Shown here: positions 50,781-60,494 of the stretch, in pieces | Numbering within the stretch: position 1 is the stretch's first letter | Layout: each line of letters opens with the position of its first letter | DNA from: Deltaproteobacteria bacterium GWC2_55_46 | Lineage (GTDB): Bacteria > Desulfobacterota > GWC2-55-46 | Assembly (NCBI GenBank): GCA_001595385.3 | Contig: LVEI03000001.1 | Location: forward strand, 2,235,344-2,299,343 | Direction: 5' to 3' | DNA: 64,000 nucleotides | The notes under the pieces: generated by a model | Seen by the model: the letters and a program-made list of their open reading frames with translations, nothing else | The model's database searches: none | Told to the model about the DNA's origin: nothing | Program-made: the position numbers and the translations under genes

Positions 50781-52274
50781 ATGGCAAAGAATTCGGAAAG
50801 GATGGGTTGGGGCGACCTGTTCAGCTTCGGCAGGGTTGATATGATCGCCCTCCACAAGACATGGTTCGCCTTCTTCCTTACGTTCTTCGTGTGGTTCAAC
50901 ATGGCCCCGCTCGTCACGGTCATCGTGCAGGAGTCGGGGTTCACGATGCAGCAGCTCAAGCTACTGGCCATAACAAACGTGGCCCTCACGATGCCGGGTC
51001 GAGTCCTTATCGGCATGCTCTCGGACAGGCTCGGGCCCAGGAGGACCTTCACTATAGTGATGGTCCTGTGCGCGATCCCCTGCTTCACCTTCGCCTTCGC
51101 CAGCTCCTATACTCAGATGCTCGTCTCCAGGCTTCTTCTCAGCATGGTCGGCACTGGCTTCGTGGTCGGCATCCACATGACCGCGCTGTGGTTCAAGCCC
51201 AGGGACATCGGTTTCGCGCAGGGCGTTGAGGCCGGCCTCGGCAACTGGGGCTCCTCGATAGCCGCTATACTGCTGCCTATCGTAGCGTTGAATGTGTTCG
51301 GCTCATGGAGGTACGCGATAGCGTTAAGCGGCCTCGTGATGCTGCTTTACGGCATCTACTACTGGTTTGCCATCACCGACGGCCCGGTGGGCTCCGTCTA
51401 TCACAAGCCGAGGAAGGGTGCTGCGATAGAGGTCTCCACCTGGGGCGACATGATAAACGCCGTTCTCTGGACCATACCCATCATAGGAGTCCTAGCCATC
51501 CTCGTCTGGAGGATCAACGGCATGGGCTTCATGAGCTCCGAGGCGGCCCTGATAGCCTATGTAGTGATAGCCATGGTGGTGCTCTATCAGGTCATCCAGA
51601 TACTCCGCTTCAACACGCCTATTCTTAAAAAGGGCGTGCCGGAAGATGACAGGTACAGGTTCACGGACGTGGGCGCGCTCTGCCTTTGCTACGTCGCCAC
51701 ATTCGGCGCGGAGCTTGGCGTCATATCCATGCTCCCGACCTTTTTCCAGAAGGGCTGGAGCCTGACCCCTCAGCTCGCCGGTCTCTTCGGTTCGGTCTTC
51801 GCCTTCATGAACTTCTTCTCAAGGTCGCTTGGCGGCTATATCTCCGACAGGTCTCCGACTAGAAGGGGCGCGATGCTGGTCTATCTCGCCGGCATAGCGA
51901 TATCCTTCGTGCTCATGGGCATGATGAGCTCGAGCTGGCCTCTGTGGCTCGCCGTGGTCGTCACCATAATATGCGCCATGTTCGTGACCGGCGGCTGCGG
52001 GACCACCTACGCCCTCGTGCCCCTCGTCAAGAGGCGTATCACCGGCCAGATATCCGGCTACGTTGGAGCGTACGGCAACGTTGGCGCGGTCATGTATCTC
52101 ACGGTCTATACCTTCGTGAACGACAGCCAGTTCTTCTACTTCATCGGGGCCACAGTCGTGGCCACGTTCCTGTTCTGCTTCTTCTTCCTGAAGGAGCCGG
52201 TTGGCGCCTTCTCGCAGGAGTATCAGCTTTCCAGCGTCGACAGGGAGATGATGGATGGCGGCGGCGGTCATTGA
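50781..52274 (+). CDS. narK: MFS nitrate/nitrite transporter (NNP family), paralog 1
   Basis: 497 aa, 12-TM pattern, NNP-type Gly-rich motifs (GVEAGLGNWGSS, GYVGAYGNVG). Confidence 0.85.
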   Translation: MAKNSERMGWGDLFSFGRVDMIALHKTWFAFFLTFFVWFNMAPLVTVIVQESGFTMQQLKLLAITNVALTMPGRVLIGMLSDRLGPRRTFTIVMVLCAIPCFTFAFASSYTQMLVSRLLLSMVGTGFVVGIHMTALWFKPRDIGFAQGVEAGLGNWGSSIAAILLPIVALNVFGSWRYAIALSGLVMLLYGIYYWFAITDGPVGSVYHKPRKGAAIEVSTWGDMINAVLWTIPIIGVLAILVWRINGMGFMSSEAALIAYVVIAMVVLYQVIQILRFNTPILKKGVPEDDRYRFTDVGALCLCYVATFGAELGVISMLPTFFQKGWSLTPQLAGLFGSVFAFMNFFSRSLGGYISDRSPTRRGAMLVYLAGIAISFVLMGMMSSSWPLWLAVVVTIICAMFVTGGCGTTYALVPLVKRRITGQISGYVGAYGNVGAVMYLTVYTFVNDSQFFYFIGATVVATFLFCFFFLKEPVGAFSQEYQLSSVDREMMDGGGGH

Positions 52275-52282
52275 TCCCGAAT

Positions 52283-52325
52283 CCCGGGAGGGGCGTTCCC
52301 AAGCCCTTCCCGGGTCCTTTTGTAT
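52283..52325 (+). terminator. Probable terminator after narK paralog 1
   Basis: CCCGGGA...TCCCGGG stem (18-nt loop) followed by TCCTTTTGT. Confidence 0.5.
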
Positions 52326-52722
52326 GCGGTTTCAAAGCGGTATGCGCGGGTCGTACTAATACGTTAAGAGCGATGTATAGTGAATTGTAATCCAGGCCAT
52401 ACCGGAAAATTGAACAGGTCCAGGGGAATAAAGACGCTAATGCGAGAAAACGCTAGACAGGTGTGCCTGAATCTGTTAACTTACGCATATTCAATCACAA
52501 TCGAAACGGTTTTTACGCTCAAGGGCTCAGGGGCCCAGGCCGCAGGTATGCGCATCTTTTCGTCTGGTCCTGAAAGCTCGTTCGGAGGTCTCTACACTGG
52601 TGCGTTATAGGATCATAAAAAAGCTTCCACGCTTCTGCCAGTGCCTGATATACACGGCCGCCATGCGCACACTTACGGCGGTATGGAAAAGGCGCGGCTT
52701 TGAAAACAGGGCATCTCTTAAT

Positions 52723-53040
52723 ATGTCCTCAGGCTCCCCTGAAAGGCGCCTGGCCGTGGACGCGGCTGAAAAGAGAACGGCAAGCGCCATGGACAGGCTC
52801 GGAAAGGTCCTTGGGTCGCTTCCGTCCAAAGGCTCCGATACGATAAGCGCCATCGAAGAGTTCGCTTCCAACAGGAAAGAGACGATCGAGTTCCGCTCTA
52901 AAGACAGGGCTCCGGAATTGCCGTCTGCGCCCCATTCGCACAGGAGAACCAAGTTGTCCGGGAGCAAGGGGCTGGAGAACCTGAAAGTAACGCTCAATCT
53001 CGCCAGAGGTGATCTCGAAGCATCAATCCTCGCCTCTTAA
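52723..53040 (+). CDS. Hypothetical hydrophilic protein (weak call, start uncertain)
   Basis: Only the + frame of this gap has host-like codon usage (AGG, ATA, AAG, GCC). No convincing SD, and no recognisable family. Alternative starts are GTG 52600 and ATG 52663. Confidence 0.3.
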   Translation: MSSGSPERRLAVDAAEKRTASAMDRLGKVLGSLPSKGSDTISAIEEFASNRKETIEFRSKDRAPELPSAPHSHRRTKLSGSKGLENLKVTLNLARGDLEASILAS

Positions 53041-53233
53041 TCTTTTCAACCCATGGCATCTTTCGGCAACAAACCCGTCTTCTCAAGGCGGGTGCGCGCG
53101 CAGCCTCCCCACCAGAGATGGGCTAAGGCGCATCCGGGCCGACTGAGGTCCATGGAGTATATACAGGGTTAAACGGTTATCTATGACGGTACATAGGTAA
53201 AAAAAGCAAGCAGCGGTAAAGGAGGTGTAGGGT

Positions 53234-53857
53234 ATGGAGTTTAGGAGTTGTAAGAAAATCTTGGTAAAAGGACTGCAGCTCGGTTTTGCGCTGAGTCTCG
53301 TCGCCGGCATCGCGCCTGTAAAGGCATCTGCCCAGGACGCGGCCCAGGATCCTGCTGCCGCCGCGCCGGCTGAGGCAGTCGTTGCTGCCGCACCGGCCGA
53401 GTCCGGCGATGCCGCTCTTGGCAAGATGTACTTCACCGGCCAGAAGGCGTTCGCCAGCGGAGCCCCCGCATGCATATCCTGCCACAGCGCCGGAGTAGGT
53501 GAGCTCGGCGGAGGAAGGCTTGGTCCCGACCTGACCAAGGTCTATGCCGACGAGTCGAAGAAACCTCTTCTCAGCGCGGCATGGATAAACGCCGGGTCCC
53601 CCGTAATGGCCCCCGTTTTCAGCAACAAGAACGTCTCTGATGAAGAGGTCTCCCACCTTAGGGCCTTCTTCGAGGAGCAGGCAAAGGCAGAGGTGAAGGC
53701 CTCGTCGACCGGAACTTTCACCATCATAGGCTTAGGCGGTTTCGTTGGAATACTGATTGTCTTCAATATTATCTGGAGCGGAAGGTACAGGAACAGGAAT
53801 AAAGGCACCGCCCATGATGCCCTGTGGAGAAACTACGGCGGAAAAGGAGGGAGGTAA
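53234..53857 (+). CDS. Membrane-anchored mono-heme c-type cytochrome
   Basis: 207 aa. Signal peptide ending VKASA, a single CISCH (53471-53485), candidate Met ligand in GSPVMAP. One C-terminal TM helix followed by a basic tail. SD AAGGAGG upstream. Confidence 0.85.
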   Translation: MEFRSCKKILVKGLQLGFALSLVAGIAPVKASAQDAAQDPAAAAPAEAVVAAAPAESGDAALGKMYFTGQKAFASGAPACISCHSAGVGELGGGRLGPDLTKVYADESKKPLLSAAWINAGSPVMAPVFSNKNVSDEEVSHLRAFFEEQAKAEVKASSTGTFTIIGLGGFVGILIVFNIIWSGRYRNRNKGTAHDALWRNYGGKGGR

Positions 53858-53861
53858 TTAG

Positions 53862-56800
53862 ATGGCTACTTGGATCCAAGATGAGATAAACCCCGGTAAA
53901 AGGGGTTGGGAAGAATATTACAGGAACCGCTGGCAGTATGACAAGACCGTAAGGTCCACCCATGGCAACAACTGCACAGGTGGCTGTTCCTGGATGGTCT
54001 ACGTGAAAGACGGCATCATCACCTGGGAGCTCCAGGCCGTCGATTACCCGAAGCTCGACCAGTCTATACCGCCTTACGAGCCGAGGGGCTGCCAGAGGGG
54101 CATATCCGCTTCATGGTACGTTTACAGCCCTGTGAGGATCAAGTATCCTTACGTCCGCGGCGTACTCCTCGATGCCTGGAAGGAAGCCAGGGCCAAGCAC
54201 TCCGACCCTGTCGAGGCATGGAGGTCGATCGTCGACAATGCCGAGCTCCACAAGAAGATCAAGTGGTCAAGGGGCAAGGGCGGATTCCGCAGGTTCGACT
54301 GGGACACCGCCGCCGAGATAATCACCTCGGCCCACATACACACCATCAAGAAGTACGGCCCGGACAGGATCATCGCCTTCTCGCCGATCCCGGCCATGTC
54401 CCAGATCAGCTACGCTTCGGGCGCGCGCTACAACCAGCTCATCGGCGGCGTGCACCTGAGTTTCTATGACTATTACACCGACCTCCCGAACGCGGAGCCC
54501 GAGGTATGGGGCGAGCAGACAGACGCGTGCGAGAGCGCCGACTGGTACAACACCGGCTATTGCGTCATAACCGGCGCCAACCCCAACATGACCAGGACCG
54601 CCGACTGCCACTTCGTCTCCGAGCTCAGGCACGGTGGAGCGAAGCTCGTTGTCTGCGCCCCGGACTACTCGCAGGTCACCAAGTACGCCGACCTGTGGGT
54701 GCCCGTGAAGCCAGGTTCGGACTCCAACTTCTGGATGGGCGTAAAGCACGTCATCCTGAAGGAGTTTTTCGTAGACAGGAAGGTCCCGTACTTCGAGGCC
54801 TACACCAGGCAGTTCACCGACCTCCCGATGCTCGTCAAGCTCGAGAAGGGCAAGGACGGCTGGGAGCAGGGCAGGTTCCTCCGCGCTTGCGACCTTTCCG
54901 AGTATGACGGAGAGGACAACCCGGAGTGGAAGTTCTGCATGTGGGACGAGACCACCAGCAAGGCCGTAGTCGTAAACGGCAGCATGGGCTACAGGTGGCC
55001 CAAGGAGCACCACAGCCATGGCAAGTGGAACCTCCTTTTGAGGGAAGCCAAGACCCAGAAGAACATCAACCCCTCCCTGAGCGTCCTCGACCATAAGGAA
55101 GACGCCATTGAGGTCAACTTCTACGAGGTAGACAAGCCTGAGAAGTACAAGAGGCAGGTGCCGGTAAGGTACGTGCAGACCAAGGAAGGCAAGGTCGCCG
55201 TCACTACCGTCTTCGACCTCAAGATCGCCCAGTGCGGTGTCGCGAGGAAGGGCCTTTCCGGCGATTACTGCAAGGACTACAACGACGAGAGAGGGTTCTC
55301 TCCGGCCTGGCAGGAGAAGTACACCGGCATAGGCCGCGACACCATCATCCAGGTAGCCCGCGAGTTCGCTGCCAACTCGGAAGTGACCAAGGGCCGCACG
55401 ATGATAATAACCGGTTCCAGCTACAACCACTGGTACCACTCGAACCTGTTGTACAGGACGGCGATGGACGCCCTCATGCTCTGCGGATGCGTGGGCAGGA
55501 ACGGCGGCGGACTCCAGCACTACGTCGGACAGGAAAAGCTCGCTCCGTTCGACTCATGGGGCCAGATAGCCCATTCGCTCGACTGGAACAGGCCCCCGAG
55601 GCTCATGAACAACCCGAGCTTCTGGTACATCAACACGCAGATGTTCAAGTTCGACGGCGCGATAAGCGAGTACCACAACGTCCCGGACAAGAACGCGCTC
55701 GAGTTCCAGCACACCGTCGACTACAACGTCAGGGCGGTAAGGCTGGGCTGGATGCCGTGCTATCCGCAGTTCAACAAGAGCTCGATAGCTCTGTGCGAAG
55801 AGGCCCAGAAGGCGGGCGCGAAGAGCGACGCCGAGATAATCGACTACGTCGTGAAACAGCTCAAGAGCGGACAGCTCGAGTTCGCCATGCAGGACCCGGA
55901 CGCGCCTGAGAACTGGCCGAGGGTCTGGTTCATATGGAGGGCGAACGCGCTCGGTTCATCCGCGAGGGGCCAGGAGTACTTCTTCAAGTACGTCCTCGGA
56001 ACGCACAACAACCTCATCGCCGATGAAGTAGCGAAGCCGCACGTGAAGGAAATGAAGTACAGGGAGTCCCCGCTTGGAAAGCTCGACCTGCTGGTCGACC
56101 TCAACATGCGTATGAACACCACTCCTCTGTACTGCGACATAGTGCTCCCGACGGCCCACTGGTACGAGAAGGAGGACATCAACACCACAGAGCTCCACTC
56201 CTTCGTCCACCCGATGGGCGCGGCCGTTTCCCCGAGCTGGGAAGCCAAGAGCGACTGGGAAGCCTTCAAGTTCATCTCCAAGAAGTTCTCGGAGATAGCG
56301 AAGAAGCACTTCTCCAAGCCTGTGAAGGACATCGTAATGTCCCCGCTCATGCACGACACCCCTGGCGAGATAGCCCAGCCCGCGTTGAACGGCGTGCAGG
56401 ACTGGAAGAAGGGCGAGTGCGAGATCATCCCGGGCAAGACCACGCAGAGCTTCACCATCGTCGAAAGGGACTACGCCAACATCGATAAGATGTACACGGC
56501 AGTAGGACCGCTGCAGAAGACCAAGTACGGCTTCCACGGCATCATGCTCGACGGCAAGGAGCTCTACGAGGACTACTTGAACCAGGAGCACATCGAGAAG
56601 AAGGAGGTCAACGGACAGAAGCTCATCTCGATCGAGACAGCCAAGGACGCGGCCAACTTCGTCCTCGCCTTCTCCGGCACCACTAACGGAGAGGTATCTT
56701 TCAGGCAGTGGTGGGAGGAAGAGCACCATACCGGTCTCACCAAGGATGACTACCTCGAGGCGAGGAGGCAGGCCAAGGCCGTCCACCCCGGTATCAAGTA

Positions 56801-57590
56801 CCTCATACCGGACGAGAGGGTCCATGGTCTCGCGCACGAGATGGCCAGCGGCAGCAGGAACGTCTCGATGACCTACGACGACATCGTAGCTCAGCCGAAG
56901 AGGTGGCTCACCAGCCCGCTCTGGACAGGCGACACCAGGAGGGGCAGGGCATACGGCACCTGGACACATCAGACCGAGCAGCTCATGCCCTGGAGGACGC
57001 TCACCGGACGTCAGCACTTCTACCTCGATCACCCGGTCTACCTTGACTTCGGCGAGGCCCTTTCGACCGCCAAGTACAGGCTGAACCCGGCCAAGATGAA
57101 CGAGGTCCAGAAGTCCGACAGGACCGACGCGCTCCATCTGAACTATATAACTCCTCACAGCAAGTGGGCCATACACTCTACCCACTACGACAACCTCCGC
57201 ATGCTCACCCTGTCAAGGGGCGGTAACTCCATCTGGCTCAACGACAGGGACGCCGAGAGCGTGGGCATCAAGGACAACGACTGGATCGAGGCCTACAACG
57301 ACAACGGAGTCTATGTGGCCCGCGCGGTCGTAAGCGCCAGGATCCCAACCGGGTCTACCTTTGCGTACCACTCTCAGGAAAGGACCATCAACATCCCGAA
57401 GGCGGAGCAGAGGAACAAGATCAGGGGCGGGTTCCACAACTCGCTCACCAGGATGAGGCTCAAACCGCAGCTCCTTACCGGCGGATACGGTCAGTTCTCC
57501 TACGGCTTCAACGCCTGGGGCCCGATCGTCGTCATCAGGGACACTACGGTGCTGGTGAGAAAAATGAGAAACCAGGAGGTGAAGTGGTAA
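53862..57590 (+). CDS. narG: Respiratory nitrate reductase (Nar/Nxr-type) alpha subunit, molybdopterin
   Basis: 1242 aa. FS0 motif HGNNCTGGC (H-x3-C-x3-C) and no twin-arginine leader. Collinear with my recollection of E. coli NarG (RWQxDKxVRSTHGxNCTGxCSW, EPRGC, HSDPVEAW). Confidence 0.95.
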   Translation: MATWIQDEINPGKRGWEEYYRNRWQYDKTVRSTHGNNCTGGCSWMVYVKDGIITWELQAVDYPKLDQSIPPYEPRGCQRGISASWYVYSPVRIKYPYVRGVLLDAWKEARAKHSDPVEAWRSIVDNAELHKKIKWSRGKGGFRRFDWDTAAEIITSAHIHTIKKYGPDRIIAFSPIPAMSQISYASGARYNQLIGGVHLSFYDYYTDLPNAEPEVWGEQTDACESADWYNTGYCVITGANPNMTRTADCHFVSELRHGGAKLVVCAPDYSQVTKYADLWVPVKPGSDSNFWMGVKHVILKEFFVDRKVPYFEAYTRQFTDLPMLVKLEKGKDGWEQGRFLRACDLSEYDGEDNPEWKFCMWDETTSKAVVVNGSMGYRWPKEHHSHGKWNLLLREAKTQKNINPSLSVLDHKEDAIEVNFYEVDKPEKYKRQVPVRYVQTKEGKVAVTTVFDLKIAQCGVARKGLSGDYCKDYNDERGFSPAWQEKYTGIGRDTIIQVAREFAANSEVTKGRTMIITGSSYNHWYHSNLLYRTAMDALMLCGCVGRNGGGLQHYVGQEKLAPFDSWGQIAHSLDWNRPPRLMNNPSFWYINTQMFKFDGAISEYHNVPDKNALEFQHTVDYNVRAVRLGWMPCYPQFNKSSIALCEEAQKAGAKSDAEIIDYVVKQLKSGQLEFAMQDPDAPENWPRVWFIWRANALGSSARGQEYFFKYVLGTHNNLIADEVAKPHVKEMKYRESPLGKLDLLVDLNMRMNTTPLYCDIVLPTAHWYEKEDINTTELHSFVHPMGAAVSPSWEAKSDWEAFKFISKKFSEIAKKHFSKPVKDIVMSPLMHDTPGEIAQPALNGVQDWKKGECEIIPGKTTQSFTIVERDYANIDKMYTAVGPLQKTKYGFHGIMLDGKELYEDYLNQEHIEKKEVNGQKLISIETAKDAANFVLAFSGTTNGEVSFRQWWEEEHHTGLTKDDYLEARRQAKAVHPGIKYLIPDERVHGLAHEMASGSRNVSMTYDDIVAQPKRWLTSPLWTGDTRRGRAYGTWTHQTEQLMPWRTLTGRQHFYLDHPVYLDFGEALSTAKYRLNPAKMNEVQKSDRTDALHLNYITPHSKWAIHSTHYDNLRMLTLSRGGNSIWLNDRDAESVGIKDNDWIEAYNDNGVYVARAVVSARIPTGSTFAYHSQERTINIPKAEQRNKIRGGFHNSLTRMRLKPQLLTGGYGQFSYGFNAWGPIVVIRDTTVLVRKMRNQEVKW

Positions 57591-57591
57591 T

Positions 57592-59112
57592 ATGGATCTC
57601 AGAGCACAGCTTTCAATGAGTTTTCATTTGGATAAATGCATCGGCTGCCATACCTGCAGCGTGTCCTGCAAGAACGTCTGGACATCCCGCAGGGGCGCCG
57701 AGTACATGTGGTGGAACAACGTAGAGACGAAGCCCGGCGCCGGCTACCCTCTGACCTGGGAAGACCAGGACAGGTACAGGGGCGGCTGGGAAGTATCCGG
57801 CGGGTCTTTAAGGCTCAAGCTCCTCAAGGGCCCCGGCAAGATAAGGACGCTGGCGAACATATTCTTCCAGCCCAATCTTCCGACGATCGACGATTACTAC
57901 GAGCCGTTCACCTATGACTATCAGCACCTCTTCAACGCTCCGGCTGGCGACGACCAGCCGGTAGCGAGGCCGAAGTCGCTCATCACCGGCGACTTCATGG
58001 AGAAGATAGTCCTGGGCCCGAACTGGGACGACGACATGGGCGGCAGCCCGCTTTACGCCGCCAATGACCCGAACCTGAAGGGGCTGTCGGAATCGCAGAA
58101 GGAGCTTTTGACCAAGTTCCACAAGCTCTTCTTCTTCTACCTTCCGAGGATATGCAACCATTGCCTCAACCCCGCTTGCGTGGCCTCCTGCCCGTCAGGC
58201 GCCATTTACAAGAGGGGCGAGGACGGCATAGTCCTTATCGACCAGGACACCTGCCGCGCCTGGAGGTTCTGCGTGAGCGCTTGCCCGTACAAGAAGCCCT
58301 ACTACAACTGGGCGAACGGCAAGAGCGAGAAGTGCATATTCTGCTTCCCGAGGACCGAGACGGGCCAGCCTAACGCCTGCGCCCATGCCTGCACCGGCAG
58401 GATCAGGTTCGTCGGCGTCATATTCTACGACGCCGACAGGATAGAGGAAGTGGCCAAGAGCCCGGACGAAAGGCTCGTGGACGCCATGAGGGACATCATC
58501 CTCGACCCGAACGACCCGAGGGTCATTGAAGAGGCTCGCAAGCAGGGCATAGACGAGAACTGGATCATAGCGGCCCAGAACTCGCCAGCTTACAACCTCT
58601 TCAAGAAGTGGCGCATAGCGTTGCCGAACCATCCGGAGTTCAGGACTCTGCCCATGAACTTCTACCTGCCGCCCCTTTCGCCGGTCCTTCACAACGCGAA
58701 GGCCGAGAACGGCGGCATGTTCGACCCCGAGTCTGTCGAGTTCTTCTACTCGTTAGACAAGATGAGGGTCCCGGTAAGGTACCTTGCGAACCTCCTTTCC
58801 GCGGGCAACGAGCAGGCGGTCATAGAGTCTCTCAAGAAGCAGATGGCCGTAAGGCTCTGGATGCGCCAGCAGAGGGTTGGCGATATAGGCGAGAGCGCCG
58901 CGAAGGCCGCCCTTGCTTCCGTCGGCCTCACCCCTGAGGACGCCGCCGAGATCTTCAAGCTCCTGATCCTCGGCACCTTCCAGGAGAGGTTCGTGATCCC
59001 CGAGACCCACCGCGAGACGATGACCACGGTCGACCCCAGGACCATGTACGAGAAGAGGGGTACGGTCGGCTTCGGCGCCAAGAAGCAGGAACTCGTATCG
59101 AGGCAGTGGTAA
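57592..59112 (+). CDS. narH: Nitrate reductase beta subunit (4 Fe-S clusters)
   Basis: 506 aa. CIGCHTCSVSCK, CNHCLNPACVASCPSGA, CRAWRFCVSACPY, CIFC motifs. Confidence 0.95.
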   Translation: MDLRAQLSMSFHLDKCIGCHTCSVSCKNVWTSRRGAEYMWWNNVETKPGAGYPLTWEDQDRYRGGWEVSGGSLRLKLLKGPGKIRTLANIFFQPNLPTIDDYYEPFTYDYQHLFNAPAGDDQPVARPKSLITGDFMEKIVLGPNWDDDMGGSPLYAANDPNLKGLSESQKELLTKFHKLFFFYLPRICNHCLNPACVASCPSGAIYKRGEDGIVLIDQDTCRAWRFCVSACPYKKPYYNWANGKSEKCIFCFPRTETGQPNACAHACTGRIRFVGVIFYDADRIEEVAKSPDERLVDAMRDIILDPNDPRVIEEARKQGIDENWIIAAQNSPAYNLFKKWRIALPNHPEFRTLPMNFYLPPLSPVLHNAKAENGGMFDPESVEFFYSLDKMRVPVRYLANLLSAGNEQAVIESLKKQMAVRLWMRQQRVGDIGESAAKAALASVGLTPEDAAEIFKLLILGTFQERFVIPETHRETMTTVDPRTMYEKRGTVGFGAKKQELVSRQW

Positions 59113-59121
59113 AAAGAAGCG

Positions 59122-59667
59122 ATGGGAAAAGCAAAACACATATACAACCTTCTCGCCGGGCTGCTTGAATACCCGGGTGAGGATATAAAGCTCAGGGCCG
59201 CCGAGTGCGTAAACGCACTCGCGGGCCTGGAGCAATATCCCCCCGAGGTGGTCGAGGAGCTCAAGAAGTTTCAGAAGGACCTGGAGCACATCTCCATGGA
59301 CGACCTCCGTGGGATCTACTCCTATACCTTTGAGCTTACGAGCGACTTTACGCTGGACATGGGTTATCACATCTATGACGGCTTCAGGCGCTCGAACAGC
59401 CTGGCAAGCATCAAGGGGATGTATCAGCAGAACGGTTTTCAGGTCGATGATTTTTCGAAGGGCGAGCTGCCCGACCATCTTCCCGTGATACTCTACTTCC
59501 TGGGCTTCTGTGAAAACGAGGAGCTTAAGAAGGACTTCAGGGAGACTTTTCTGGTCAGGGCGCTGGAGAAGCTCCAGAAAAACTTCGAGAGAAATAAGAA
59601 GAACCTCTACTGGCACCTCATTAACGCGATATACAGAATCATCGACAAAGATGTAAAAGGAGGATAG
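59122..59667 (+). CDS. narJ: Nitrate reductase assembly chaperone NarJ (TorD-like)
   Basis: 181 aa. Position between narH and narI. ELPDHLPVILYFL motif typical of NarJ. Confidence 0.85.
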   Translation: MGKAKHIYNLLAGLLEYPGEDIKLRAAECVNALAGLEQYPPEVVEELKKFQKDLEHISMDDLRGIYSYTFELTSDFTLDMGYHIYDGFRRSNSLASIKGMYQQNGFQVDDFSKGELPDHLPVILYFLGFCENEELKKDFRETFLVRALEKLQKNFERNKKNLYWHLINAIYRIIDKDVKGG

Positions 59668-59670
59668 ATA

Positions 59671-60369
59671 ATGGACAAGGTCCTATTCGGCGTTGTGCCG
59701 TACATACTTTTGATGACGGCTATCGTCGGCGCAATCTGGAGATTCAGAACCAATAAGTACTCGTGGTCGTCGCAGTCGTCGCAGTTCCTCGAGAACAAGA
59801 CCCTCTTCTTCGGGTCGTTCCCCTGGCACTACGGCATCATAACGATCCTCTTGGGCCACATAATCGGTCTTTTCGTACCGCAGAGCATCGTCCTGTGGAA
59901 CTCGGTGCCCTTGAGGCTCTACATACTTGAGCTCACGGCGCTCGCGTTCGGCTTGCTGGCCCTCTTCGGCCTTCTTGCCCTTATCTACAGGAGACTTACG
60001 AACTCCAGGGTGAAGGCTGTGACCTCCGGCTGGGACGTGCTGGTGCTCATCATCCTGCTCATCCAGGTCCTTACCGGCGTGGGTACCGCCATCCTTTACA
60101 GGTGGGGCTCCAACTGGTTCGTAGCCTCGGCTGTACCCTGGATGTGGTCGATCATCAAGCTCCAGCCGAACGTAGATTATGTGGCTGGGCTGCCGCTTCT
60201 CACGAAGGCTCATATATTCAACGCGCTCGTCTTCATCGGCCTTGTGCCCTTCTCAAGGCTGGCGCACTTCGTGGTCCTCAACCCCTACAAGTATCTCGTG
60301 CGGCCTTATCAGGTCGTAAGGTGGTACAGGAGGGGCGGGGCCACAACAAATATCGTCCAGTACAAGTAA
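59671..60369 (+). CDS. narI: Nitrate reductase gamma subunit (di-heme b membrane anchor)
   Basis: 232 aa, 5 TM helices, conserved His in FPWHYGII and LLGHIIG and in the C-terminal helices. Confidence 0.92.
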   Translation: MDKVLFGVVPYILLMTAIVGAIWRFRTNKYSWSSQSSQFLENKTLFFGSFPWHYGIITILLGHIIGLFVPQSIVLWNSVPLRLYILELTALAFGLLALFGLLALIYRRLTNSRVKAVTSGWDVLVLIILLIQVLTGVGTAILYRWGSNWFVASAVPWMWSIIKLQPNVDYVAGLPLLTKAHIFNALVFIGLVPFSRLAHFVVLNPYKYLVRPYQVVRWYRRGGATTNIVQYK

Positions 60370-60375
60370 CGGGGA

Positions 60376-60411
60376 GGGGGTGGGTACAAAGTATCCACCC
60401 CCTTTTTTTTT
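60376..60411 (+). terminator. Intrinsic terminator after narI
   Basis: 12-bp stem GGGGGTGGGTAC/GTATCCACCCCC (one G-U), AAA loop, then nine T. Confidence 0.9.
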
Positions 60412-60494
60412 AAGCTACCATGGGACTACTCTTCCGCGACGCAATTTTATATCGTTCTCAGCCATGAAATAAGTTAAAAAGGAGATATCTGCAC

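Noticed and set aside
52605-52997. 130-aa minus-strand ORF in the narK1-cytochrome c gap
   Set aside because: Ser/Leu-rich composition typical of an antisense frame, and its codon usage is unlike neighbouring genes. The overlapping + frame fits host usage better, though it too is only weakly supported.
54113-55909. Alternative + frame ORFs inside narG (54113-54469, 54506-54907, 55232-55909), rich in Arg/Pro/Gly
   Set aside because: These are out-of-frame readings of a conserved 1242-aa gene, with composition typical of shifted frames in GC-rich DNA. There is no independent support.
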